Source of the DNA: Zygnema circumcarinatum SAG 698-1b
Taxonomy: Eukaryota > Plantae > Zygnematophyceae
Direction of reading: 5' to 3'
DNA length: 64,000 nt
NCBI GenBank assembly: GCA_037447605.1
Contig: CM074805.1
Span: forward strand, 4,063,361 to 4,127,360
In this document: piece after piece, positions 51,600 through 62,400 of the stretch
Layout of the letters: each line of letters starts with the position of its first letter
How positions within the stretch are numbered: the first letter of the stretch is position 1
Made by a program: the position numbers and the translations under genes
The notes under the pieces: model-generated
What the model was told of the DNA's origin: nothing
Databases searched by the model: none
Seen by the model: only the letters and a program-made list of their open reading frames with translations

Positions 51600-53200
51600 T
51601 TACAGCACTTCGGGATGATGTCACGTGCGTCATGCGACGTCACACCACGACACGCAGCAGAACGCCACGTGGCGTCATGCCACGTCACATTGTGTCATGT
51701 CACACGTCACGTCTCGAGGAGTTTTAAAACAAAACATATAAACATTTTGCTTTTGTCCATGTACATTTGATGGCCTCGCCATCGTGAGTTCAATGAATAT
51801 TTCCCCCGTTAAACATAAAAAGAAATATAAGAAGATCGCTCATCCAGGCATCCCTATGCACTCCAGTTCCATGTCCCTTCAGACGGCGGCCGCCGCCCGC
51901 CCGCCACCGGTCCAGTACAGCGGCTCCAGTTTCCCCCCCCCCCTGGCTGGCTGGCTAGCTGGCTGGTTGGTTCCCGCGAACGATTTGTGGTCAGTCGGTT
52001 AGTCACACGCCCGCGGACGCCACGCGGCCCTCCCCTCCAGGTCCCGCGGCCTGCGCTCCGGTCCCTCGCAAGTGGCCACCCAATCACGGCCTTCCACGTG
52101 TCGCACACGTGGCTCATGCAATCCCCGCAGGCGGGCGCGCAGCTTGTCGTTTGCGGCCTGCGCGATGAGTCAGGTCATGCGAGTGCTTGGCGGACAGACA
52201 CGTGTACGGCCGAACGTACGAACTGAGCGCGAGTTCACCACGTGGACGCAAGGCGACTGGCGGGCTCCACACTCCGGCCGCGTGGACCGCCCGCCCGCCC
52301 TTGAACCGATAGGGCTCACGGCCGGCTGGATGGTGCGCATGGCAGAGTTCCACGTGGCTCTGAGCGGGGCCTCCCTCCCTCCCTAGACCACCCGCGCATG
52401 CATGCATGCGCTCGTCCATGGCCGTGTCGCCGCCTGCCTTGGACCTGGTCTGGCTCGTGCCCACCGCTAACTTGTTCGTTGGGAAGGCGCCGGGTTGGTC
52501 GAAATGGGGAGAAAGGTGACAGCGAAGGGGCCTCGCCCGCCATCCAAGTATTGAACCAGGCGCCAAACCAACGCGATTAGTGGTTTTCCTTGCTAGGGAG
52601 CACCAGTCCGCCCCGTCCACGTCAAACCGTCCGATCTATCCATCCATGACGGGCGACAAATTTCCTACCCATCCAAAACTGTGACACAGACCCGCCTGCT
52701 AGGACGGCCCGGCCCCAACCCACGCACAGATCTGAGAACCTCCGACCGTCCGATCGAGCCCGCCCGCCCGCCCAGAGGACTGACTGACTGGGCCCGCGGC
52801 CGAAGAGCGGTTGCGCGCAAGCGACAAAAGATTCGTGGACAGTACAGTCGGTCAGCGTCTTTCGTACAGCCAGCAGAATCCGAACCGATTTGACCCTCGC
52901 GCCCGTTACGTCCGCCACTGCTGGCACGCCACGTGGCGCCGCTGTCCATATCCGCGCGTTACTCCAAAAGCTAGTCTCCCGAAAACGGCCAAAACGGATC
53001 GACCAGTGCGCATCAAACACGTGGCGTGCGACCGCTGGCTTGTCGCTACCCGCAACTGACCGTACGACGTCGCTGTCACCGCGCCACTGTCCGTACATCC
53101 CGCCCGGCGCGGCTGAACCGGGCGCCGTTGAATGCGCCAGGCTGGCGGCGTTACGGGGGGCCACGTGGCATGGGCAAGCGGAGCGGGAACAAGTCCGCGG
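51600..53200. promoter_or_regulatory. CpG/CACGTG-rich intergenic region between the divergent Mpo1-like and LysM genes
   Basis: Ten CACGTG sites at 51622, 51666, 52095, 52106, 52199, 52239, 52351, 52930, 53018 and 53162. I found no convincing protein product. Confidence 0.35.
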
Positions 53201-53269
53201 CCGCGGGTCGGATCGGGACGGGACGGGGGGGGTACTTGTCTACAGCCGCGCCCGCCTCTCCCATTTCCC

Positions 53270-53440
53270 CGCTCCCTCCTTTCCTCCCTCCCCTTCCTCC
53301 CTTCCTCCCTCTCTCCCTCTCTCCCTCCCTCCCTCCCTCCCTCCCTCCCTCCCTCCCTCCCTCCTCCCTCCCTCCCTCCCTCCTCCTCCCTCCCTCCTCC
53401 CTCCCTCCCTCCTCCTCCCTCCCTCCTCCTCCCTCCCTCC
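53270..53440. repeat. (CCTC)n/(CCT)n pyrimidine microsatellite upstream of the LysM ATG
   Basis: Directly visible. A complementary (GGGA)n tract lies at ~51248-51320. Confidence 0.9.
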
Positions 53441-53446
53441 ACCACA

Positions 53447-54896
53447 ATGCAGGCGAAAGCTGGGTTTCTAGGTGCCACGAGAGATCGCCGGCTGCGCTTG
53501 CAGACGGTGGCGGCTGTGTTATTGTTGCTCCTCCTGCGCCCAGGTAAGCGTGGTGCACTTTTATGAGAGAGATTGAGGGAGAGCACGCATATGTCTGTCT
53601 CTTTCCAGATAGATCGAGAAAGAGAGAGAGAAAGCGCGCAGCTGAAAGAGAGATAGAGCATGCAGCTGCCTGTCTCGTGTTCAGAATTGCCACTCCTCTC
53701 CTCTCCTCTCCTCTCCTCTCCTCTCCTCTCCTCTCCTCTCCTCTCCTCTCCTCTCCTCTCCTCTCCTCTCCTCTCCTCTCCTCTCCTCTCCTCTCCTCTC
53801 CTCTCCTCTCCTCTCCTCTCCTCTCCTCTCCTCTCCTCTCCTCTCCTCTCCTCTCTCTCCTCTCCTCTCTCTCCTCTCTCCTCTCCTCTCCTCTCCTCTC
53901 CTCTCCTCTCCCTCCTCTCCTCTCCTCTCCTCTCCTCTCTCTCCTCTCCTCTCTCTCCCTCTCTCTCCCTCTCCCTCTCCCTCTCCCTCTCCCTCCCTCT
54001 CCCTCCCTCTCCTCCTCTCCTCTCCTCTCCTCTCCTCTCCTCTCCTCTCCTCCTCTCCTCTCCTCTCCTCTCCCTCTCCCTCTCCCTCTCCCTCTCTCCC
54101 TCTCCCTCTCCCTCTCCTCCTCTCCCTCTCCCTCTCCCTCTCCCTCTCCTCCTCTCCTCTCCCTCTCCTCTCCTCCTCTCCCTCTGTCCCTCTCCTCTCC
54201 TCTCCTCACAGGCAAGCCTGGGGGCTGTGCTGCTGCAGGATCCAGCAGCGCCACGGGGCTGCTTAAGCGGTGCACAAAGACGGTGGTGGCGCGGAAGGAC
54301 GACACGTGTGTGGGCATGATGCAGAAGTACCGCATCTCCGCCTCGCTCTTCACCCTCCTCAACACGGGCCTCAACTGCAGCCCCCTGCAGGTGCGCAGGC
54401 CCCGCCGGCCTTGGCCCTCAATCTCTCCCGCTCTCCCCCCGGACCGGCCCTCCCTCTCTCTCCCTCTCTCTCTCGCCCTCTTCCCCCCTGCCGGCCTTGG
54501 CCCCCCTCCTCGCCCGCTCCCCCCCCCTGACCGTGTCTCTCCCTCTCTCTCCCTCTCTCTCCCTCTCTCTCCCTCTCACTCCCACTCTCTCCCTTTCCTC
54601 CAGGCCGGCCGGACCGTGTGCGTGGACGGGATCGTGCAGCCCACGCCGCGGAAGCTCCTTCTGACGGAGCCCCCGAGCGCGCAGGCCGGGCCCCTCGTGC
54701 AGAGAGAGGGAGAGGGAGAGGGAGAGGGAGCAGGAGGTGAGCATTGCTCACGGAGGAACACGCATTACGCATAGATAGCTTCATGCATGTGTGGGCTTGG
54801 AGCTCGCCTGCCACCTGCCTGGGTTTTCTTTGTTATCATTTGTTTTTAAGAAGTTCCAAATGGGTGTGGGGATGGCTGCCTGCAGGCTCACACTGA
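53447..54896 (+). CDS. Small secreted single-LysM-domain protein
   Basis: Exons 53447-53543, 54212-54390 and 54604-54736, plus 54886-54896 (or read-through to TAG 54774); all are in phase. It has a hydrophobic N-terminal stretch VAAVLLLLLL and the domain CTKTVVARKDDTCVGMMQKYRISASLFTLLNTGLNCSPLQAGRTVCV, which fits the 4-Cys LysM pattern C...(G/D)DTC......I.......N..(I/L).C..LQ.G..VCV. Confidence 0.78.
53693..54205. repeat. ~510 bp (CTCTC)n / (CCCTCT)n homopyrimidine microsatellite in LysM intron 1
   Basis: A perfect pentamer run to ~53850, then a degenerate penta/hexamer mix. Confidence 0.97.
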
Positions 54897-57002
54897 AGGC
54901 TCAGCAGTGGGAGGCTCAGCAGTGAGGCCCAGAACTTGTAAAGTGAAAAGCGTGTGAACATATTCAGCAGTGTTGTGCAGAGAACCAATAGGACGTGGAG
55001 CCAACCACTTACCAGCCAATCAAAGCGCTGCGAGTTGCAGCCCAAATAACGGCCACGCGCCGCCCTTGTTTTATAAGTAGCAGCGGCCCATGGGGCGGGC
55101 GCGCCTTGTTTTTTGGCTTTAGGGTTTTTTTTAGGGCCATGCTAGAGCATGGCATGGCATGGGCATGAGCTTCCGCTGCGCATGGACCATCCATGTGCCA
55201 AGGCGGAGGTTTGAACCCCTGACCGGGTCATGACCTAGGACCATTTTTTATGACCCTCCCCCCACCTCCCCCCCGTGACCAGGGTCCACGAATCACCAAT
55301 TGGTGGTTTAGGGTTTGCTGCATGTTACTGATAGAAAATAATCTTAGTTCCTAGGTTTAGTTTTTCCTAGTTCAATTTCGATTTTTTCGATGTCACTTTG
55401 TTAGTTCCGTTATATAGGATCTTATTCAAGCTGTGTATCCGTCTGCAGATTATGTCGAATGTTTGTTTTTTGGTTTCCTTCTCGACTTCTTAATTCTCTC
55501 ATTTGTGCTCTGTTCTCTACGTCTATTCGTACGCTGAGGGCCCTCATCGCAGTGAGTTTTGCAACNNNNNNNNNNCCCTCTCCTCCTCTCCCTCTCCCTC
55601 TCCCTCTCCTCCTCTCCCTCTGTCCCTCTCCTCTCCCTCTCCTCACAGGCAAGCCTGGGGGCTGTGCTGCTGCAGGATCCAGCAGCGCCACGGGGCTGCT
55701 TAAGCGGTGCACAAAGACGGTGGTGGCGCGGAAGGACGACACGTGTGTGGGCATGATGCAGAAGTACCGCATCTCCGCCTCGCTCTTCACCCTCCTCAAC
55801 ACGGGCCTCAACTGCAGCCCCCTGCAGGTGCGCAGGCCCCGCCGGCCTTGGCCCTCAATCTCTCCCGCTCTCCCCCCGGACCGGCCCTCCCTCTCTCTCC
55901 CTCTCTCTCTCGCCCTCTTCCCCCCTGCCGGCCTTGGCCCCCCTCCTCGCCCGCTCCCCCCCCCTGACCGTGTCTCTCCCTCTCTCTCCCTCTCTCTCCC
56001 TCTCTCTCCCTCTCACTCCCACTCTCTCCCTTTCCTCCAGGCCGGCCGGACCGTGTGCGTGGACGGGATCGTGCAGCCCACGCCGCGGAAGCTCCTTCTG
56101 ACGGAGCCCCCGAGCGCGCAGGCCGGGCCCCTCGTGCAGAGAGAGGGAGAGGGAGAGGGAGAGGGAGCAGGAGGTGAGCATTGCTCACGGAGGAACACGC
56201 ATTACGCATAGATAGCTTCATGCATGTGTGGGCTTGGAGCTCGCCTGCCACCTGCCTGGGTTTTCTTTGTTATCATTTGTTTTTAAGAAGTTCCAAATGG
56301 GTGTGGGGATGGCTGCCTGCAGGCTCACACTGAAGGCTCAGCAGTGGGAGGCTCAGCAGTGAGGCCCAGAACTTGTAAAGTGAAAAGCGTGTGAACATAT
56401 TCAGCAGTGTTGTGCAGAGAACCAATAGGACGTGGAGCCAACCACTTACCAGCCAATCAAAGCGCTGCGAGTTGCAGCCCAAATAACGGCCACGCGCCGC
56501 CCTTGTTTTATAAGTAGCAGCGGCCCATGGGGCGGGCGCGCCTTGTTTTTTGGCTTTAGGGTTTTTTTTAGGGCCATGCTAGAGCATGGCATGGCATGGG
56601 CATGAGCTTCCGCTGCGCATGGACCATCCATGTGCCAAGGCGGAGGTTTGAACCCCTGACCGGGTCATGACCTAGGACCATTTTTTATGACCCTCCCCCC
56701 ACCTCCCCCCCGTGACCAGGGTCCACGAATCACCAATTGGTGGTTTAGGGTTTGCTGCATGTTACTGATAGAAAATAATCTTAGTTCCTAGGTTTAGTTT
56801 TTCCTAGTTCAATTTCGATTTTTTCGATGTCACTTTGTTAGTTCCGTTATATAGGATCTTATTCAAGCTGTGTATCCGTCTGCAGATTATGTCGAATGTT
56901 TGTTTTTTGGTTTCCTTCTCGACTTCTTAATTCTCTCATTTGTGCTCTGTTCTCTACGTCTATTCGTACGCTGAGGGCCCTCATCGCAGTGAGTTTTGCA
57001 AC
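54139..57002 (+). repeat. Direct duplication with 1,437 bp period (54139-55565 and 55576-57002) across an assembly gap
   Basis: The unique sequence appears identical between copies (for example, ORFs 54371 and 55808 are identical). The copies are separated by 10 N. Confidence 0.93.
55566..55575. other. Assembly gap (10 N)
   Basis: Ns are visible in the sequence. Confidence 1.
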
Positions 57003-57701
57003 CGAATGCGATGGGTGAAAGAATCTGCGTTGCGGTGTTTAATGACATTTCTGCGCTATCGTTCGCTGGACATTTTCACGGTGATTTTGCCATCCAGCCA
57101 ATATTGAGTGAGACGATAGACTTCGTGCAGGAGCCTTTCAACGTTCGATTCGTCGAGGGCTTTTGCAAGTTTCAAAAGAGATCACTTTCCACTCGCGTCC
57201 TTGCCATTAGAAAGCCTCTCTTTCTTACAATAGTCAATAGCGGGGCGCACACATGCATGCATGGCAGCCATGACGGCGTTCTCAGGGGCAGGAGCCGGCC
57301 TGCTTGGCTGACCAAAGTCACAATCTCTCTCTGGCCAGGGAGGGACCTTGTCCACAGATCGTCGTGATCCATGGCCAAGTTGACCAGTGGTCTTGTTGAC
57401 CATTGGCCAAGTTGGCCACTGGTCACATTCTCTCTGGTCATGGGACGGACCTGACTACCAATGTCGTAGCCGTGACTCAGCTAGGGGCAGTCATGACCAT
57501 GGCTAGTCACGGTTCTTGGGCCGGCGCCTTCGCGACTTCCATTCGGACGAGTACGGGCGCCGACAACCGCCCGCTCTGGTCGCTCGCGCGTGCTCTCCCT
57601 CTCTCTCTCTCGCGCGCTCTCTCTCTCTCGCTTTCTCTCTCGCTCTCTCTCACTCTTTTTCCTTCTTTGGCGAGGCTCTCGTGCGCAAGAGAGCAGCAGC
57701 C

Positions 57702-59027
57702 ATGTCTTACGACGAGATAGAGATCGAGGACATGCAGTGGTCGGCGGAGCTGGAGGCCTTCACCTACCCTTGCCCCTGCGGAGACCTTTTCCAAATTAGT
57801 CTGGTCAGAAAAACCGTGCTGGCTCCCACTTTGCTTCTCTTTGCAATGTCTTTGTTATGGAGGCTGGTTTGTAGCGTGAGTTTATAAACAGAATCCTGAT
57901 TATGAATCCACACAAGAAAGGAAGAACAGCATACGTATGCAGGATTTCGGCAACCAATCTTCGCTGCAAGCTACGATTTGTTGAATAATTTGTGAAGCAG
58001 AATTAAACCTACTAAAAATACTCATTAACTGAATGGGATTGTCTACGGCCAGAAGCAAACGGCACAGTCAATACAATTGTACAATTCCCGCCTTTCAGTT
58101 ACAGGCTTGAAAATTCCTAACAACGCCACTCAAGAGCTCGGAAAATACCCCAGTTCCAAAGCGTAGGATGAGAACTGAGAGTTTTAGTACTACGTGACAA
58201 TCCGGCAACGACCCCAAACCCTAAATGCTCGCTGCGGCCTGAACAAGTGGTTTACGACCTAGATTGATCAACGGAAAACAAATTATACACGACCTTGATA
58301 TAAGAGCATGAGCTCTACTTGCAGTCGTCCGTAATAATTAAAGAACCCAGAAGTATTGGAACGGAAACACCACAGGACAAGATTGTCTTTCCAGAGCGAC
58401 TGCTGCTATCGCTACTTGAATTGGAGCGGGCTGAAGCAAGACCGTTCGCTTTCTAGTGGAAGTTTAAGACGAGGGCTGAATTGAGCGTTGTAGGAGTATC
58501 AGACGTCCATGTAGATGAGGTGATTCGTGATAGGATCATGCTTGATTAGAAGCATAGCGGTTCTAGGCTTCAGAAGATTTTGTGCTCTTTAGGGTAGTAG
58601 TCTCACAAGTTGGAGCTTTTTACATCTCCTTGCTAGACTACTATATGTATATGCCTTATGACGGGCAATAATTGATGTAGGGCATGCGGATGGACGGACT
58701 GATTCACAGGAAGAGTTGCGACAAGGAGAAGAGATTGCTCGGTGTCCAAGCTGTTCTCTCTACATCACTGTCATCTATAATTCGGTACGCGTCATTGCTG
58801 CTCGATGTTTTCTCTTTCTTCTAGTAAAGGAACGGTTGCTTCAGCTTTTTGTCGGCAAATGAAAATCAACGTTGCCTTGCTTAATGACGTCTATGCAAAC
58901 AAGTTGGACCATTGAGGTTTGCATGGTTCGCATTGTGATTTCCGTGTGGTGAATTCAGGAGGACTATGAGGAGCACCGGGAGGGGCAAGGGCAACACTTG
59001 GCTCCACAACCAATAGCCGTTTCTTAG
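57702..59027 (+). CDS. DPH3: Diphthamide biosynthesis protein 3 (CSL zinc finger), 3 exons
   Basis: Exons 57702-57803, 58710-58784 and 58959-59027 give [13 protein letters not shown].....[15 protein letters not shown]|[25 protein letters not shown]|EDY...PIAVS*. Confidence 0.95.
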
Positions 59028-59452
59028 GAGTTTTGAATGTGAAAATGGACAAGGTGCAAATGGACACACAGCGGATTTTGTGTCACATGGAACGTCAGAT
59101 CCATTGGTTCATTAGGGGGCGCATGCAGTGACCTCAGATCTTGCAGATCCACGTCATGCTGAGTGCTCCACCTTTCAGCTAATCTACAGGGACCAGTTCG
59201 GATGGACCGGGGAACTCCATGGAATCACGAAAACTTGGAAATTGTTTGAGCCAACGGAATTAAGATGCTTTCACAGATGGCGCTTACATGTGGAATAAAC
59301 ACATGCAGCATAAGGATGGAGCCCTGGTGGATCCCAGCTCGCGTTCATTCATTCAGACCTGCCATGTTAGGATTAGGGTTTGTGCCTGCAGGCCCGTCAA
59401 TTTTGCTAGGAGTTCGGAATAAGTGGTGACTTTCAGCATTCATACCGTGAGC

Positions 59453-62400
59453 CTATTGCTCGCTATGAGAAATAGGAAATGTAGCCAGTTGTGAGCTAGC
59501 AGAATAAGCAGGCTGTGATTTGCGGAGAGTTAGCGCTTTGCTGTTGCGCAAATCTTCTGCTTCCTTCAGTTTGTAGTTGGGACTCGACAATTTTGTTCTC
59601 GTCTGGTTTAGGAGATGCCTACACAGTGTATCCTTGACAAACTTCTTCATGTATCACGAAAGAAAGTGCAGGCGAAGAGGATCTCTCAATTGATTGACTT
59701 CATGTTGGGGCAATGGCGGTGCTGCTCTTGTAGATGTCCTATCATTGTTGCTATTTTAATTCTTCTAGTGCAAAAGTAAGAACAACTCGCATGTGAAACC
59801 TTACCTTACAGTTACGTTGACAGCGATTGTCATAACGTAATGTATCTGCTCATTAATTAAATGATTTGGAGTGAGTGAATGCTGGAAATACCAGGCATCG
59901 CCTGTGGAGCTCAACGCTTTGATGCAGACTTTGGGCACAAAACCTTTCCCGTATCCTGCACTCTTTGAACAAGCCTACGTCCACGTAGCCGTGAGAGTGG
60001 CGGTTATGTGCTAAGGTTGTTTACAGTTTGCTTGCCTGCTTGGGAGATTCCCGCGGGATATCAAGCATTCGTAGAGTTATATTGATTGTGTCATAAATGG
60101 ACTACATGGATGTGTTTGTGACATGACATTTGCCGTAAGATGAAAATTGAGTTAATGTTTAAGTATCCCACTCGTGGATTTTGCACTTGAATTTCTGAAT
60201 TTAAATTAACATTGATTTGCCATGTTTGTTTTTTAGATCCTTTCAGAATAAAGGCACGAAGGCAACCAGAGAAGTACTGCTTCCTGCAGGCTACTTGGGA
60301 CGCCAAATAATATATTCGAGTAGTTTATCCAGACATAAATACAGTGTCTGTGATGCTTGGGCTCACGCTTTCAGCTGTGTTGTGCCCAAAGGCTCAGCAG
60401 ATAGGTCCACAACGAAGCGTTGAGGTGACCTTCGTTTTCAAAGCTTAATCACTTCTCTCTCAGCGGCGCCCTTTGTTGTCATTTAGCGATTTTCTCCACA
60501 TGCGTCCGGTAGCCGTAAGCTGCTCTCACACTACAACTTCGGCCAAAGCCTCAGCTACAAGAAAAGCTCGCTGAATCGTGGGAAGAGTTGGATCCCTACA
60601 GAAGTGAGAACCACATGGTCATCAACATTGAAAAGTCGTGGGTGATGTTGACGGCATGAACTACATACTCAACGTTCATGTGCAATTGGGCTTTTGAAAC
60701 AAAAGGTGTCAGGCACTAGCGATGTCGCCGAGTTGCATAATGTTCAGAGAAAACGTGCCTAGCCTATTCCTCATGCTATTAGACACGTGCTTTGCCATCT
60801 CGATGTGTCCTACATAGGATGCAGCTCTACATGAAGGTTTACTGTGTCGAGGACAAGATTCACAATTGCTGGCAAGATGTAAGGAGAAAGCCACTTACGG
60901 ACAGGTGGACTTTATTTCGCCTATGGCAGCCACAGCCAATGCACGCAGAGGAAACTCCTCATCTGGCGACTCGGAAGATTGGCTGTAAGGTTCCCCATCT
61001 CGCCGAGTAGCAATATGAGCCTGTATGACGCGAAAAAAGCAGCAGTCATGCTCTCGGTAGGCGAATTACCTGTCAAAATCCAGCACGTTTTAACTCCAAA
61101 GGTGGCGATAAAGACACAGTCAAGACTCCGATCAGACACTGCAGTCCTTGACAGTGTGAATGAATCCAAATCTGTCATTCTACGAAAAAGCAGCCTACTA
61201 TAGCCAATTTCATTGATTCCAGCAAGCAGCAACTGACCCATGAACCAATCGCACGCGCGGCGACATACTGCAGTGCTTCATAGAGATGTCAAAAAAGGAA
61301 AAATCTGATTCCACGGCCGCTGATTCTACGTAGCCTTTCCTTCGCTGGCCATTCCATTCAATTCTCCAAATATTCTTCCCCCACTTTTTTCCTTCACTTA
61401 TTCATTACTCACCACGTTTCTTAAGAAACATTGAGGGTCGGCAATCTATTGACCTTGTGATGGGTGCAGTTCTGTACCTCAAGAGCATGCCCAAGAATGG
61501 TGGCTAGCAAATAATGGTCCAGCTTGCTCCTCCTTTTCGAGGCAGTTTTGTCATTACAATGACAAATCCATTGAAGAAGGTCGCTGATGTCCAAAGGCTT
61601 TGGCTTAACGGATGTGTTGGCTCTCTCAACCGGAGTCTGCAGCGTACACTATCGGTAACCAGTGAGGTATGAACAGGGAAAGGATGCCACACTTTTGCCA
61701 CAGTGGAAAAGTTCTCGAGTTAAGATTTGTTATTCATTCTAGAGAAGGCCATGTCTGGCCTATTCATATGCATAAGATGCATCTGTTTTCCTTTCGAAGG
61801 AAATGGAAAAGCTGCCCGACAACAACCTTATTCTGATGCTGTATTCAGCACCCCTATTGCACAATCACGGGCTTCAGCCTCATAATTGTCAAATAAATGG
61901 AGCCTCTAGAACTAACCAGGATTTTGCGGGAGTAAAGGAAGCAATCAGCTAACAGCGTATGGCAAAGAGCAAATTCCTTCGATAGGAGAGGACCTATGTA
62001 GTTTTCACCTTGCTTGCATATCTCCGGAAGATCCCAAAAAGGAAAGCCATCTTCTGCTTGGACTGGGCTATTGTCTACAAGGTCCAGGAAGAAGGAATTA
62101 GTACACAGCTGGCGAAGACATAAATCCACTGATCAAGCTCGTGGTAAGAAGCTCGTCGTAGACTTCAACGTGTTTCGATCGGGCCAAGGGCCAAAGCTAT
62201 GAAGATGAAGTACAAAACAAAAAAGGTAGTAGTTTGCACTAGATTGGCTCATGCCTGCTCAAGATCTCTCAAATTCAACACTTTCTCCTTGAAAGAAGAA
62301 AAGGGAGCAAACCATGAATCATGTTCGCTGCTGAATTATGGTTATGCATGCAGGTTGAAGATACAGCAGTGTTCGATTTGTGCCTTTGTGTGCTTACAGT

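Noticed and set aside
52622-53661. Several 140-250 aa ORFs rich in Pro, Ser, Arg and Gly
   Set aside because: They arise from GC-rich and (CCTC)n low-complexity DNA, overlap on both strands, and carry no domain signature.
53151-54774. Long ORFs of LLSSP / GEERR repeats (403-407 aa)
   Set aside because: These are translations of the (CTCTC)n intronic microsatellite, which contains no stop codons.
55205-55235. tRNA/SINE-like B-box (GGTTCAAACC on the minus strand)
   Set aside because: I could not find an A-box or a cloverleaf fold.
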